A stretch of 64,000 nt of DNA from Phoronis australis (taxonomy: Eukaryota; Animalia; Phoronida), in NCBI GenBank assembly GCA_002633005.1, contig NMRA01000073.1, forward strand, positions 915,375 through 979,374, read 5' to 3'. A program made the translations under genes and the position numbers. Shown piece after piece: positions 1 to 12,250 of the stretch. Within the stretch, counting starts at the first letter, position 1; each line of letters opens with the position of its first letter. The notes beneath the pieces are model-generated. The model did no database searches, had not been told where the DNA came from, and saw only the letters and a program-made list of their open reading frames with translations.

Positions 1-1000
1 TGTGTCCTCTACACACTTGTACCACTAAGCTTACATCCTTTTTGTTCTTTTATCAGTAATTTTGAAGTCTTTACAAAATAAAATGTCACAAAAATATTGC
101 ATTGTCGGACACCATAAATAATAACACCCCTGCTGACTTAGATTACTTAGATTGATCATAGAAGTAGTCTCAATTTGTATATTTCTTGGATTAGAATGTC
201 AATTATACGGTAATGCAACCAGGAGCATGTGATAACTGCAAATAAGTACAAGACTCTATACATCTTATACACGTAGTCGCCATTTTAAAGTGAGCCTCAT
301 TTTAGGTTTAAAAAACAGTGCATTCTACGCTCAATCACAGCACTAAGGGTAATTTTCTTTTTTATCCATGCCTCGTTATATTTACCTATCAAATGCATTG
401 TTTTTAAACCTAAAAAGAGGCTCACTACTAAAATGGCAACTGCGTGAATATGGTTTATCAGGGACCTGCAGGTCACTATTAATGAAACTTCGGATTTTGT
501 ATGAAAACCTGGCTAGTAATAATTACAGCTTGTCACGAAGTCACCACACACATCCGAGCACACAATCAAAATACTACAGGAAGTAAACAGACGGAAGTTG
601 CAATCTTTCACAGAAAATTGGAAAGGCCTGTTTGTGAAACATGCACACATAATGTCCTGTTTATAGGCCCTTGCCTTAGGAGGTGAGCCTGAGTGGGATA
701 TTGGGTCCCGAGGAGGGGAACTGGTAGTTTCAAAAAGAAAACACAGTTTGGACTGACATTTGCTAAGTTTGCCAGTTTTTCACTCCAGGTACATATATCT
801 CATTTACGGCTCCTGTCAACAGTGCGTCGTTTGTAGTGCTTTGATCTAAGCAACCTCAGTTTCTGTGTTGGCGACCTGGGAATTTTACCAAGTTGCATTT
901 ACCGAGTTGACATTATGCTAAGCATCGAGCCCTGAGGTACAAAATGCACGAAAAAATACATCGAGACGAACTGTCAAGTAAAGAATAAATTGATGCTTAC

Positions 1001-1126
1001 ACACAATGACACATTGATACCATTGTCATAGTCATAGAGATGAGTCTTACAATAGGTGGCGCTGATGTCACCCTGGTTGTTCACTACAACATGAGTATTG
1101 CTCAATCTTGGATCTTCGTCATGTCT
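1001..1126 (-). CDS. NIT1: NIT1 coding exon 3 (gene continues beyond the left edge of the window)
   Basis: A tttcag acceptor is followed by RHDEDPRLSNTHVVVNNQGDISATYCKTHLYDYDNGINVSLC (catalytic Lys in YxKTHL) and a phase-0 GTAAGC donor. The exon with the catalytic Cys was not found in 1-1000. Confidence 0.85.
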
Positions 1127-1604
1127 CTGAAATAGTAAAACAGATCACAATAGCGAGATTTTCACAGAATTTCCCAAAATCATGTTAGTGATCTAGGAAA
1201 TGACACTTCAAATGATTTCATCGAATTTGTAAAAGAAAATTAGCTTTTGCTGTTATGAAGCTGCCTTCAGCCAAAAAGACTACCTTTTTACTTCAAAAAT
1301 CTCTAATACGAAACAAATCTCAACTTGCGTTTTATTCCAAGAAGTGACTCGCCATAGCTTAGGAAGAACAGGCAGTCTGTCATGGGACAAGCCTCAGCTC
1401 AGAACATGTACTGTGAAAACTGTTTTCAATCTTACACAGGTTCAGAAAATTGACAATTTCTACTGATTGAAAATTGGTAAATTTAGTTAGCAAATGATTT
1501 AAGTTCCCTCTGGGTTTTCCCACAATTTTGACAAAACTTCAAGGGAACGCAACTTTTGAGACCCACTAGACTAAGAAAGTGACACCATTAACAGTATAAA
1601 GTGC

Positions 1605-1760
1605 CTTTTCATGAAAGCCTCCAAGTGACAGCCAAACGTTTAGTTGCTTTGCAAGTTGCCTATACTTCGTAATCAGCTCCCCATCCACTGGTTCAGCTAG
1701 ACACTTGCTTTCTACAGCATCACTGCCAACGTAATCAAAGCACTCGGGCAGGAAAACCAT
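1605..1760 (-). CDS. NIT1: NIT1 coding exon 2
   Basis: A tttcag acceptor is followed by MVFLPECFDYVG...VWLSLGGFHEK, with the catalytic Glu in FLPE. The donor position is uncertain; the best homology fit is AAG|GCACTT. Confidence 0.88.
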
Positions 1761-2492
1761 CTGAAATATATTTCAAAAACTACATTTGAACATACACTTA
1801 TTGCAACATTGAAACAAGCACAGAATGAGAAATAAGAACTGCAAAAAGAAGTTAAAGCAAAAGTAAAGATAAGAAACTATGTGAATTTTGATGAGTTTGA
1901 ACACTTTACTACTAGGCGAGGAGAGACTTTCCACTTGTATTGCTACAAAACGCTGGTGAGAATGAACTCCTGTTACCCCTGGTCTTTACAAGACATTTAT
2001 CATCAAAGATCACTATAAACAGTTTTGCTAATAAAATCAAGACTTGCTGAAATATGCTTTTAAAAAATGAAATACTAGCATATCTTAGTCAGGGGCACCG
2101 GCCATTAAAAATCACACAACCAATTTGATTGTATGAGGAATAAACACTTGTGAAGGTGGTCAAGCCAGTGAAGATGGAACGACAGATGCCTCAAATGGAA
2201 ATAACTCGGCTCAGCTCATAGCTCCATCTGCAGCAAAAATGAAACGCGGTTGTTTTATCTCGTGAGGCAAATGTACCTCTTGTTGGATGTCTTTAACCCT
2301 GTGAGAGTGAATCCTCACACAATGCAAATGAGAACAGCTAAAGCTATAGTTACTTTTAGTATACGGTGAAAATTTTCACATCAATGAGAACAAGTTGAGA
2401 CCAATCATTATAGTGGTAAGTTGTCGAAATCTACCGTGAGTTTCTTCAAAGGAACACAGGTTTATAGCCCTTCTGAGATATTTTTGTCCCTC

Positions 2493-4300
2493 CAGGGCTC
2501 GACATAACGAGCTGCAGGTCGCATTTGCGACCTGAAATTTGGAAGTGCGAGCTGAGATTTTTGTCAGCTCGTATCAGTTCGCAAAATGAGACCTGGAATT
2601 TCCAACGAATGCGAGCTGAGTTTTTACACTTCTCAACAGATACCTGGCAAATACAAAGCAGCTCTTGTAAATCCGACCGTTATTTGGTTGTCGCCAAATC
2701 CAAGTTCAAAACAACACTAACCGAGAACAGCCCTCCCGATGACTTGTAAGCAAGTCCCGTGAACATGAGATATGCAGAATCAATCTTTGGCGCGTTTCAT
2801 TGTCTAACACTTTCGGCCTCTTTTGTAAATTCCCGGATTCGCCGAAGAAAGTTTCGGGCCACTGCTTAACACGTGATAAAACTTCACAAAACAACGGTGT
2901 TTCTACTAATTCTTAAGCGATCAACTTACCAAACTCTGTGGTGGACAAAAATGTTTATTTTTCACATAAGATGTCCTTATTACATGTACCAAACATCCAC
3001 GACAATATCCCTAATATCGCACTGCGGCACCGTTACCGCAAGCGGTCCCGGCAGACAATCGTGACTTAGAGACAGAGATGTGCTTCTCCTTTTTATCGTA
3101 TTAAGACAGCCAAAATGAAAAGGACAACCTTATTAATCGCCAAACGACGGTCACGTCTTTACTTTCAGTTGCCAAGAAATTCTCAAACCCTTTACTTGTT
3201 TCTGGGGCTTCGTGCGTGAAATATGATACGTCTTTCACACGTTGTTGCCAACGTAAAGTGTAGGCCTACTCCAGCGATTCAAGTGCTTGAACTCACACGT
3301 GCGCACCACTTCAAAGAACAGCCACATTCCTAAATGAAAGAGTATACCGGCTTGGCTCTGGTTTATTTGAAAATAAACTCAGATTCCCAGCGGTTATAAA
3401 AGACCCGATATCCCGGGATCGATACAACCCAGAACTGACGTTTTCCTGTTCCGATGTTTCCCGAGGTCGATGTTCTGTAAACCCTGTATTCTATGCCCGT
3501 AGCCAGCTATTGCAACTAAACTGGCACTTATAGATGCGAAATTGTGGTTCAAGTTAGCGAGTTAGCGAACTTCTCTTTATGCACCCCTCCCCCGGCAACT
3601 TTTCGCTCCCCGAACCACCGTCGTCGTAAAATGTTCAGACTCCTATAGAAACAACCTTGTTCCGGCTGAAGCGGGCAGTTAAAAACAAAATCATTCCGGG
3701 TGGCTAAAAAGGGTACAATGTAGGTGGTAACGATATCCAGAAAGTCACCCCTACTAGATGGAGTTTTCCTCGCAAAATCGTATTATTATAACGTTTCTTA
3801 CCATNGAAAGTTAAAACTAGTGACATGCGTGTCGTTTTGTGACTGACCTATTTTTCCCGTACGACTTTGATGACAGCCAGTAGCAGGCCAGATCTAACAA
3901 AATCCCGGATACTTTTTCAACGGGCATTTTCTCCCTTTTCACATCGCAAATTTAGCTACTCAAATGCACAAGTCAGTTAGAGAGCACTGACAGCTTTCAC
4001 ATCGGCAACTTGCCTTGTGCTCTAGAGTCTTTCAATGGCAGTCGTGAAGAACAGTAAGGCCGTACCTGCATGAATGAAGTCAATTTTGAGATCCGAAATT
4101 TGTGAGTATTTAACACTGCAGGTAAGAGCATAATCTAAACATTTTCTTGATGATCTAAAAATCTATTTTGGCGCGTAAAAATGTCGGGAAAATTTTGCGA
4201 CCTGGCATTTACGAATGCGAGCTGGATTTTGAAAATGCGACCTGGGATTTTGGCTAGGTCGCAAAATGCGACCTGGCGATTTTAATAGCGTCGAGCCCTG
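2493..4300. mobile_element. Non-autonomous DNA transposon in NIT1 intron 1, 5-bp TSD
   Basis: TIRs are CAGGGCTCGAC...GTCGAGCCCTG. TSD CCCTC at 2488-2492 and 4301-4305. Subterminal TGCGA(C/G)CTG repeats occur at both ends. An N at 3805 makes the true length uncertain. Confidence 0.85.
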
Positions 4301-5063
4301 CCCTCCCAAATCTGTTTTCCATATTGAAAGTAAAAAAGCAAGCATTTTTGTGTTACGAGCTACCTTGAAAATTTAATTTGGACAAAATGTTCCTTGAGAA
4401 AAGTCTCCAAACACTCTACTTGAATTGTGAAACTTAGTGCCTATAACTAGTGGACCTCTGGACAATCCATGAAAAGAATCCTATGTTAACACCCTAATCA
4501 GTCCAGATTGGTCAACCAGTCTGAGAATCTACCGGTTTAGATCAAAGACACCATGTTGTAGAGGTTACTTAAATTGTCTCAGCGTGGTGTTGTTATCATT
4601 CTCTAGATAATGAGACTCATCATAAACACATTAGGGGAAACAGCAGTACTCTTAAATTTTCCCTTGGAAAGTTGTAAACAGCATATTTGAATAGTTCATG
4701 AAAATCACACATGATTAGGTATTTGAATTTTGAAAAGTGGACAAGAAATGTGAATTCTACTGGCTAAAACATTTGTTCAATTATATGTTCCTCATTAATT
4801 CTATTGGGTGTGCAACATAATTGGGCCAATTACCAAATCACCAGGCAGCAGCTGAATTTTATGTCATGAGGTAAGCCAAGAGTTATAATACAATTCTAAT
4901 GGCATGTGCGGAACTGTAGTTCCTGAACTTGTAAACCACCGCAATAATTAACACCTGTGGCTTCTCACCAGAGGACAATTGGGCCTTCGTGCTAAGGTCA
5001 GCTAAGGAGCTAAGGTCTATGGCTTGAAGCAAGACGGGTGTTTTGCCTTGAACTCTTGATTAC

Positions 5064-5417
5064 CTGAGCGCCAAAGCGGACGGCCTTTTCGATCAACTGT
5101 CGACAAGTCGCAAAATTGTTATCTTTGTTCGAGGTGGAGGTCATCTGGCAAACCGCAACAGCACCATTCCGCTTTTCTGACGAAGTCAAGTCGGAATCTG
5201 AGTAGCTGGACGACATTTTCCTCCGTCTCAGCACCCGTGAAGCCCAGAGCCCGAGAGCAAGGCAACGAGATGGCGAGTTTTCAAGTTTTCCAACCTTTGA
5301 ATTGATTACTTTGTCGCCAATTAAGCTCCCTTGGAAATTGGCATTCGTTTGGACCGTGTGGTAATAGCAATGCACCGGAAATTGTTTTAACAAACAGGCT
5401 GAAAGCCGAAAAAACAT
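5064..5417 (-). CDS. NIT1: NIT1 (deaminated glutathione amidase, nitrilase family), coding exon 1
   Basis: Translation contains AVAVCQMTSTSNKDNNFATCRQLIEKAVRFGAQ, the NIT1 N-terminal motif. It ends at a phase-0 CAG|GTAATC donor. A second in-frame ATG lies at 5216. Confidence 0.88.
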
Positions 5418-6027
5418 ACCATACTGATACTCTCGCCCCTTAGCTCAAGCACTGGGCTCAATGCTCTTGAAGCTTCTGCCACCTGGCGATGACGTGAGAT
5501 ATACAGCTTCGCCATCTATTGGGATGAGCTAATCACTAGAAGGGGCAACTCAACGGTTTCTCGAAGAGTTTATTATTGTCTTTAAGCTAAAAATCAGTCT
5601 ACGGACTTAAACTTGTTCACGAAATCAGGCTAAGGCTAACACCCACAATTTTGTCTACAGATCGAAGCCAAAATAAAGAAATCGGTTGCCAGCTTAGAAG
5701 GCAGGCTAAAGCCAAAATATCAACTATCTCCGGCGTAACCCTACTATGCTCTGCACTCGAGAGTTGGTTAGTTACCAACAACTATCTCCGTCACTGATCA
5801 GATTCTTCGAAAAGACCCTGGACTTGATACATATGTCCTCACTTTCCGCATCCCAGTGTAGCTAACCCACTCCCAAGGTCAACACACAACGCACTGCCAA
5901 GACTACTCCGCCAAGGGCAGTTAATAGGCCTACTCCAAAATACGAACTTGTCTCTGAAAATGTTGAAAAATCAAAAAAGACCAATCACAGCTATCGGGAA
6001 TTTAATCTTAAGGTTACTATACTTTCA

Positions 6028-6126
<99 letters not shown>
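6028..6126. repeat. (AAT)n microsatellite
   Basis: Perfect run of about 33 AAT units. Confidence 0.98.
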
Positions 6127-6639
6127 TCTTATTATTGATGCAACATGAATGAAATAAATGTTGCTGCCAACTTATTCAATCTTAGCACGCGGTGTCAAAT
6201 TTGTTTAAAACTCGTGAGGGTTGACACAGGTCATATGGTATCAGATTGTTTCCAAGACGCAGTTATGGTTAAATAAAACAAGATTAATGAAAATAAACTT
6301 CACCATACACACCCGGTGGGAGTCCATCATAACACACAACTCTGATAAAATGTAAAATCTTTCACTTGTTTAATTCAATTGATTATTAACTCATGAAATA
6401 TTTGAATCTTTCTACATAAAGACAAAAATGAAACTGATGTCGTTTAACTAGCTTTTTTCAAAGTAATATATTTTCTTAATTGAAAGCACTTATCTGTACA
6501 CAGCTAAAAGTTTTGAACATAACTTGTGTTTAATTCTGTTTGAGTTCTTAGAGTGTCTGAGAAACACAACAAAGCATTTCGGAATTTTGTAATTGCATGT
6601 ATTCGTTACTCTTTAGTATAGTGCAAAATTTTTTATTCT

Positions 6640-9600
6640 TCAGTGTTCTACGCTTTCACAATTTTCGTTATCTGGTGTGTGTGCTTCGGTTGCGTCTTCT
6701 ATTTTCTGATTAACAGAAGGATTGGTGTCACCGTGGAAACTGGCAAGCAATTCTTTTGTCCCGATGTCGCAACCTACATCAAAATCTTCCTTCTGACTTC
6801 TGGCATTATCAAAGTGAAAACTCATATAATTGCGGAGCTCTTCGTACTTTTTCCGTTGTATATCTTCCACCCCGTAACCTCGGTCTGCGCCCTGTTGCTC
6901 GAACAATTTTCTGATACAAGTTTTACCGTAGTTTTCACCGTCCACGAGGCGCTGGCTAAGAACAGCTGACGAGAAATTGGGCACACCTAATATGTCAACG
7001 GATAATGTACTCACGTTGGCTATGTTAGTCTGTTGTTCATTCATTGCCGCCTGTTCAGACATAAGCTGCGACATTAAGTCCTGAAAATGACAACACGTCT
7101 TGTTTTCTCCAGTTGATTCAGTGAAGCAACCACACACAAATTTTGCATCCTGCGCTACGTGATCGTTCTTTAATTCAACCAATACATTTTCTTTTCCATC
7201 GGCGTTATTCTTCAAATACTCTAAAATTGTGTCGCTTCTCTGAAACAGACCACTTAGATTGCCATTTTCGCTTTCTTCAAACCCTAACACAGACGTTTTT
7301 GCTGCGCCGTTTCCTCCATTGGCTGTACGACCCAATCGCAACACATGGCCAACGTCCTCGTCCTCGGCGTTCATCAATATCTCAAGCTGGTCTTGTTTGC
7401 TTTCAGAGGTTTGGACATTAGGCTGCAATTCATGCGGATCAACATTACATACGGCTTTGGAATCATCTCCACCTTCAACAGTTTCTACATGATCTTGATC
7501 AGTTACGCATTCGTTTTCATTCCTAACGAGATTCAGTGGTGATCTAGTACTTGTTAAGTCTCCTTCTTCATTGGCTCTGTCTTCATGTTTGTCGTCCAAT
7601 AATACTTGTTGACTATGTTGACTGCTGACCGTGGCTTGAAAACTTGGCAGTTCCAGCGGTTCGACGTTATAAGCGTCCTCGGAATCAACTACACGGTCTT
7701 CCCTTATGCTGTCAAAGTGATAGCTCATAAACTGACGGAGCTCTTCGTCTTTTTGTTTCTGTACATCATCAGGCACTTCTTTGGCATGCTCGAACACTTT
7801 TCGAATACAACTTTTACTGGACCCTTCCCCCTCAATGCTCTGTTGACTAAGTATAGCTGAGGCATGACTAGGCACACCTAAAATGTTCAGCGACAGCTTA
7901 CTAACGTTGGCTGTGTCAATGCGCTTTGTCTCATCGCAGGTTTTATCACAGGTGAGTTGTGATAAAATGTTTTGAAAATGACAGCATGACTTATTCTCCC
8001 CAGATGATTCTGGGTAACAAGTACAAGTGTACATTGGATGACAATACAAATGATCTCTCTCCAATTCTGACAAAGTCTGATATTCACTATCAATTGTGTC
8101 TTTCAAAGTTTCCAACATTGAGTCACCTCTCTTAAGAAGACATCTGATGTTTTCATTTTCGCCGTTCATTATGTATCTACATTCGTCGTCAGATTGACCG
8201 TCATTCTGAACAACAGGTGCACCTTCATCTCTTGACGTTATCTCATTCGGAACATCGTATCCATCTTTTGGACCGCTCTCATCAACACCTTGAAGATCGA
8301 CCTTTGAAATTTCTTCATGCACAGCAGTCTCATTCTGGCGTGCGCTTTCAAACGTCCCATTCTCTTGCATTCCTGAATGTTCCCTCAAGACACCCAAATC
8401 ATCCATTGGTTTTATCGTTTCTTCACCTATCCAAATTCCTGTTTTATGGCTGTATTCTTCACTACTTCGTACCACAGATTCTTGTTCATCTTTTGNAGAA
8501 GACATCTGATGTTTTCATTTTCGCCGTTCATTATGTATCTACATTCGTCGTCAGATTGACCGTCATTCTGAACAACAGGTGCACCTTCATCTCTTGACGT
8601 TATCTCATTCGGAACATCGTATCCATCTTTTGGACCGCTCTCATCAACACCTTGAAAATCGACCTTTGAAATTTCTTCATGCACAGCAGTCTCATTCTGG
8701 CGTGCGCTTTCAAACGTACCATTCTCTTGCATTCCTGAATGTTCCCTTAAGACACCCAAATCATCCATTGGTTTTATCGTTTCTTCACCTATCCAAATTT
8801 CTGTTTTATGGCTGTATTCTTCACTACTTCGTACCACAGATTCTTGTTCATCTTTTGGCATTATTTTACTCGCAACGTCGTGTACATCCTTTGGTTCGTT
8901 TTCGCCAACATCATGGAAATGAACCTTTGGCATCTCTTCATGCACAACAAGCTCTTTATCGCCTATACATCCTGGCGTCCCATTCTCCTCAATTCCTGAT
9001 AGATCCTCCAAGTCATCCAAACCACTTATTACCTTTGTCGCTTCTCCACTTAATACAGGTACTGTATCATCTACCGCTTGATGTTTGCATTCGTGATCAG
9101 ATTGGCCGCTAATCTGTACCACGGACTCATCTCCGTCTGGTGATGTCATTTCATTCGCAACGTCGTATCCATCCATTGCTATAGTTTCACCGACAGTGTG
9201 AAAGTCAACCGTTGACATCCCTTCATGCACGTCAAGCTCTTTATTACCTGTACTTTCGAGCGCCACATTCTCCTCAATTCCTGGTTGATCCTCCAAGTCC
9301 TTCAAACCACTAACTACTTTTGTCATCTCTCCAATTGGTGCATTTCCTGAATAATCTGCCGTTTTATGACTACTGTCGCGATCAGATAGGCCGCTAATTT
9401 GTGCCACGGACTCATATCCATCTGTTGATGTTATCTCATCCGCAACACCGTATCGATCCTTTGCAACAGTTTCACCAACATCTTGACGATCGACATTGGG
9501 CATTTCTTCAAGCGCAGAAAGCTCATTTTCGCCAGTGCTTTCGAGCGTCCCATCCTCCTGTATCTCTGATTGATCCTGCAACCCATCCAAATCTGTCTTT

Positions 9601-11189
9601 GCTGTTATCTTCACTTCACTTCGTGTCTCATTCTCTGTTTTGTGGCTGCATTCATGGCAAGGTTGGGCGCCATCTTTTACTGCACGCTTATGTTCATCTA
9701 AGCCAGTATTTGTGGAACTTGTCGGATCCACATTCCACACAACAGGTGTTGAGGTAGATGATGCATAATCTTCGGAAAAAAATTCTGTTTCATTACTCTC
9801 AAATCCATTTCCCTTCCTCACAGAACTTACATTGCTCTCACCGCTCGTATCTTCTGAAGAGTTTGTGAAAAGAGCCCCGTAATTGCCGCCGTGTTTAGAA
9901 GTATCATGCGTAACAGTCGCCATTTTCCCTTGTCGATCAGTGACTTCAGAATCCGTTTCACTTTCACCGTTTTCAAACGTAAGTGCCACGTGCACTTCAA
10001 GCTTAGAGCTTTTCAGTGTGACACAACTTTTATATGTCTTACCGTGTTTATTTTTTTCGTCTACTTCTGGTATCTTACTTGTGCTCACATTTATGTCACC
10101 ATCGTCATTTCCAGTTTCCTTAGCGACATCCTGACCAATTATCTCCCCATCAATTTTTAAGTCTTCAATACTAATTTTGCCGTCTTTCGTGGTGTCTTCA
10201 TTTAGCGCATCAATCTGTTGGATATCGACTTCTACAGGTTCTTGATAGCTTCCACTCAGCAGTACTTCAATGTCGTTATTGCTCTCTTCACCATTATGCG
10301 TGTATTTGATGTCTACGATAGCATCCGAAAACCCTTCATCTGTAAGCTGAAGATAATGACTATCGTTTCTGGGACAGGTCGGAACTTTTTCGGCGTCGGA
10401 ACTTGTTTTAGACAACAAGATTTCGTCCATCATGTTACTTTGTGTTTTTTCAGACGCTTGTACGCCAGCTGTGATTGGGTCCAGCGGAAGATCTTGGGAG
10501 TTGCATTGCAGATCTTGAATTTCCAAGGCGACGATCAGATTGGCTTGTGTATCATCTTCAGTAACTTGGGAAACAGATGTCGCCGAATTCTGCATTTCTG
10601 ATTCATTGTCGAGCATTGATTCTGCCATGCCACTATCTACTTGCAGCTCACATTCTTGTGTTGTCTTCAGATTCAAGTGCTCCGCACCAGGCTCGCGTTC
10701 AAACACAGCACCTGTAACTTCCCCAAATGCATGCCCAGCATCAAGCGAAACAACTGCAGAGTTCGTATCCCGGTTTTCTGAAGTTGGAATGGAAGGTTCA
10801 GTTACGAGTTCAAGGTTAGACGAGACAGTGCCTGTTGTTGCAGTAACCAATACTTCTTCTTTGTCAGTGTGAGCAACTGCTTCAGAAGAATGCATGTCTT
10901 GGGTAGTAACATCACCTCTCTCCTTCACAAAATCTGAAGCGAATTTTTCAATTTCTGAAAGCATGTCCACTTCTTTAAAGCTCCCCAGTTTCGCCTCATC
11001 CGGTTGTGTTGGATGTACCACTGACTCGACTAATGCCTGTATATGCTCTACTGAAGGACGTCTTTCCACAACGTTGGCGTTATCTTCTGACTTCGAGAAA
11101 ATGCCGCCAATCCTCAAGAGGTAGTAACCTACAGCTGCGCCAACAAGTGTCAACGGCACGATAATCATTCCAGCAGATGTCAAATTCAC
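6640..11189 (-). CDS. Giant terminal exon of an unrecognised membrane-anchored acidic protein (gene A), about 1,395 aa after removing an assembly duplication
   Basis: Acceptor tttcag|GTG at 11189. N-terminal hydrophobic segment GMIIVPLTLVGAAVGYYLL. The 920-aa and 621-aa ORFs join in frame once the 362 nt around the N at 8496 are removed. It encodes four ~94-aa acidic repeats and two ~150-aa Cys-containing domains. Confidence 0.8.
8135..8857. repeat. 361-bp tandem duplication around a single N (likely assembly artefact)
   Basis: 8135-8495 matches 8497-8857 with 4 substitutions seen; the copies are separated by the N at 8496. Confidence 0.9.
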
Positions 11190-11319
11190 CTGAAAGTAAT
11201 TGTTTAGTGGGATGAAACGACGTGAACCAACACCTCAACTGTTGCACAGATACATAAGTGTATCTGATACCAGACAACAAGTATCAGACAACAATTGGGA
11301 GTAAAAAGCCATAACTCAC

Positions 11320-11572
11320 CCCATAGATACCTCCTTCCGCAATCAAATCAGGTGACATAGCTGGTGACTCCGAGACTGAAAGCTGCTCAGGGGGAAGAAA
11401 TTCAAGAGCTCTCCATATTTCTTCTGAGTGTTTCAAAGGATAGCTAAGAAAACGAATAGGTAATAGCGAAGAAAATGTTGGAGTTCCGGTTTCTATCCCT
11501 TGGCCTTTTTCTTGAATGTCTGATGCGGTAAAAAGTAACCCGTTTATTGCACATACGAACTGCTGAAATGCT
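11320..11572 (-). CDS. Probable upstream exon of gene A
   Basis: An open frame ...PAMSPDLIAEGGIYG ends at a phase-0 GGG|GTGAGT donor that matches the phase-0 acceptor at 11189. A ttccag acceptor lies at 11573. The start codon is uncertain. Confidence 0.6.
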
Positions 11573-12139
11573 CTGGAATACAACGAAAGAAAAATTCAAC
11601 GCACAAATGTCGCAGGACTGCACAGAATCCTTAACACATGTATACTACAAAAGATCAGCTTCATTAAAACCAGTAGGAACAATGATTTTTCTACGGTTCA
11701 TTTCCAAAAACAACTTCCTTTAGAGGCATAAGTGCTCTACCAAAGCAACGTCATAGAATTTTCGTCCTTTGAATTGAACTGAAATCGATACGGTCGCAAT
11801 TCCCTGACCATCACTATGCCGTAGTCTATGACTTGCCGTGACAGACAACTTAATGGGCACGATCTGTAGCAAAAAAAACAATCAACCAGTTGTTGGAATA
11901 AAGACCAATTAAATCAATGGCGTAAATAAAAAATGTTTTCTGATAGAAGGCACGGCTTCACTTTTAATGGAAATTGCACATTACAATTTCCATAGTGCCA
12001 CCACTCGTTTTCTGCACCTTCTCTATAATTTCACAGAACGGTCACTAAATTATGAATGCATGTGACGAATATTGTTGAAAAAATAATCTGCCGATGAAAA
12101 AATAATCGTCAAAAACTCAGTAAGTTTGAATAAATGTAC

Positions 12140-12250
12140 ATCATATCATGTGCATGAAACTCACCTGTCTAATTTATCCTCATTTAAAATCATATCATGT
12201 GTATGAAACTCACCTGTCTAATTTGTCCTCATTTAAAACGTCATGTGTAC
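12140..12250. repeat. ~49-bp tandem repeat (two copies plus a partial copy)
   Basis: ATCATATCATGTG(C/T)ATGAAACTCACCTGTCTAATTT(A/G)TCCTCATTTAAA occurs twice. Confidence 0.85.

Noticed and set aside
2515-2620. CRISPR-like spaced short repeats (TGCGA(C/G)CTG)
   Set aside because: They are subterminal repeats of a DNA transposon in a eukaryotic intron, with no cas genes.
5948-6148. Poly-Ile ORF
   Set aside because: It is a translation of the (AAT)n microsatellite.
8427-8505. Programmed frameshift or two overlapping genes
   Set aside because: Fully explained by the duplicated sequence around the assembly N.
6643-11124. Many plus-strand ORFs
   Set aside because: They are antisense shadows of the giant exon of gene A.
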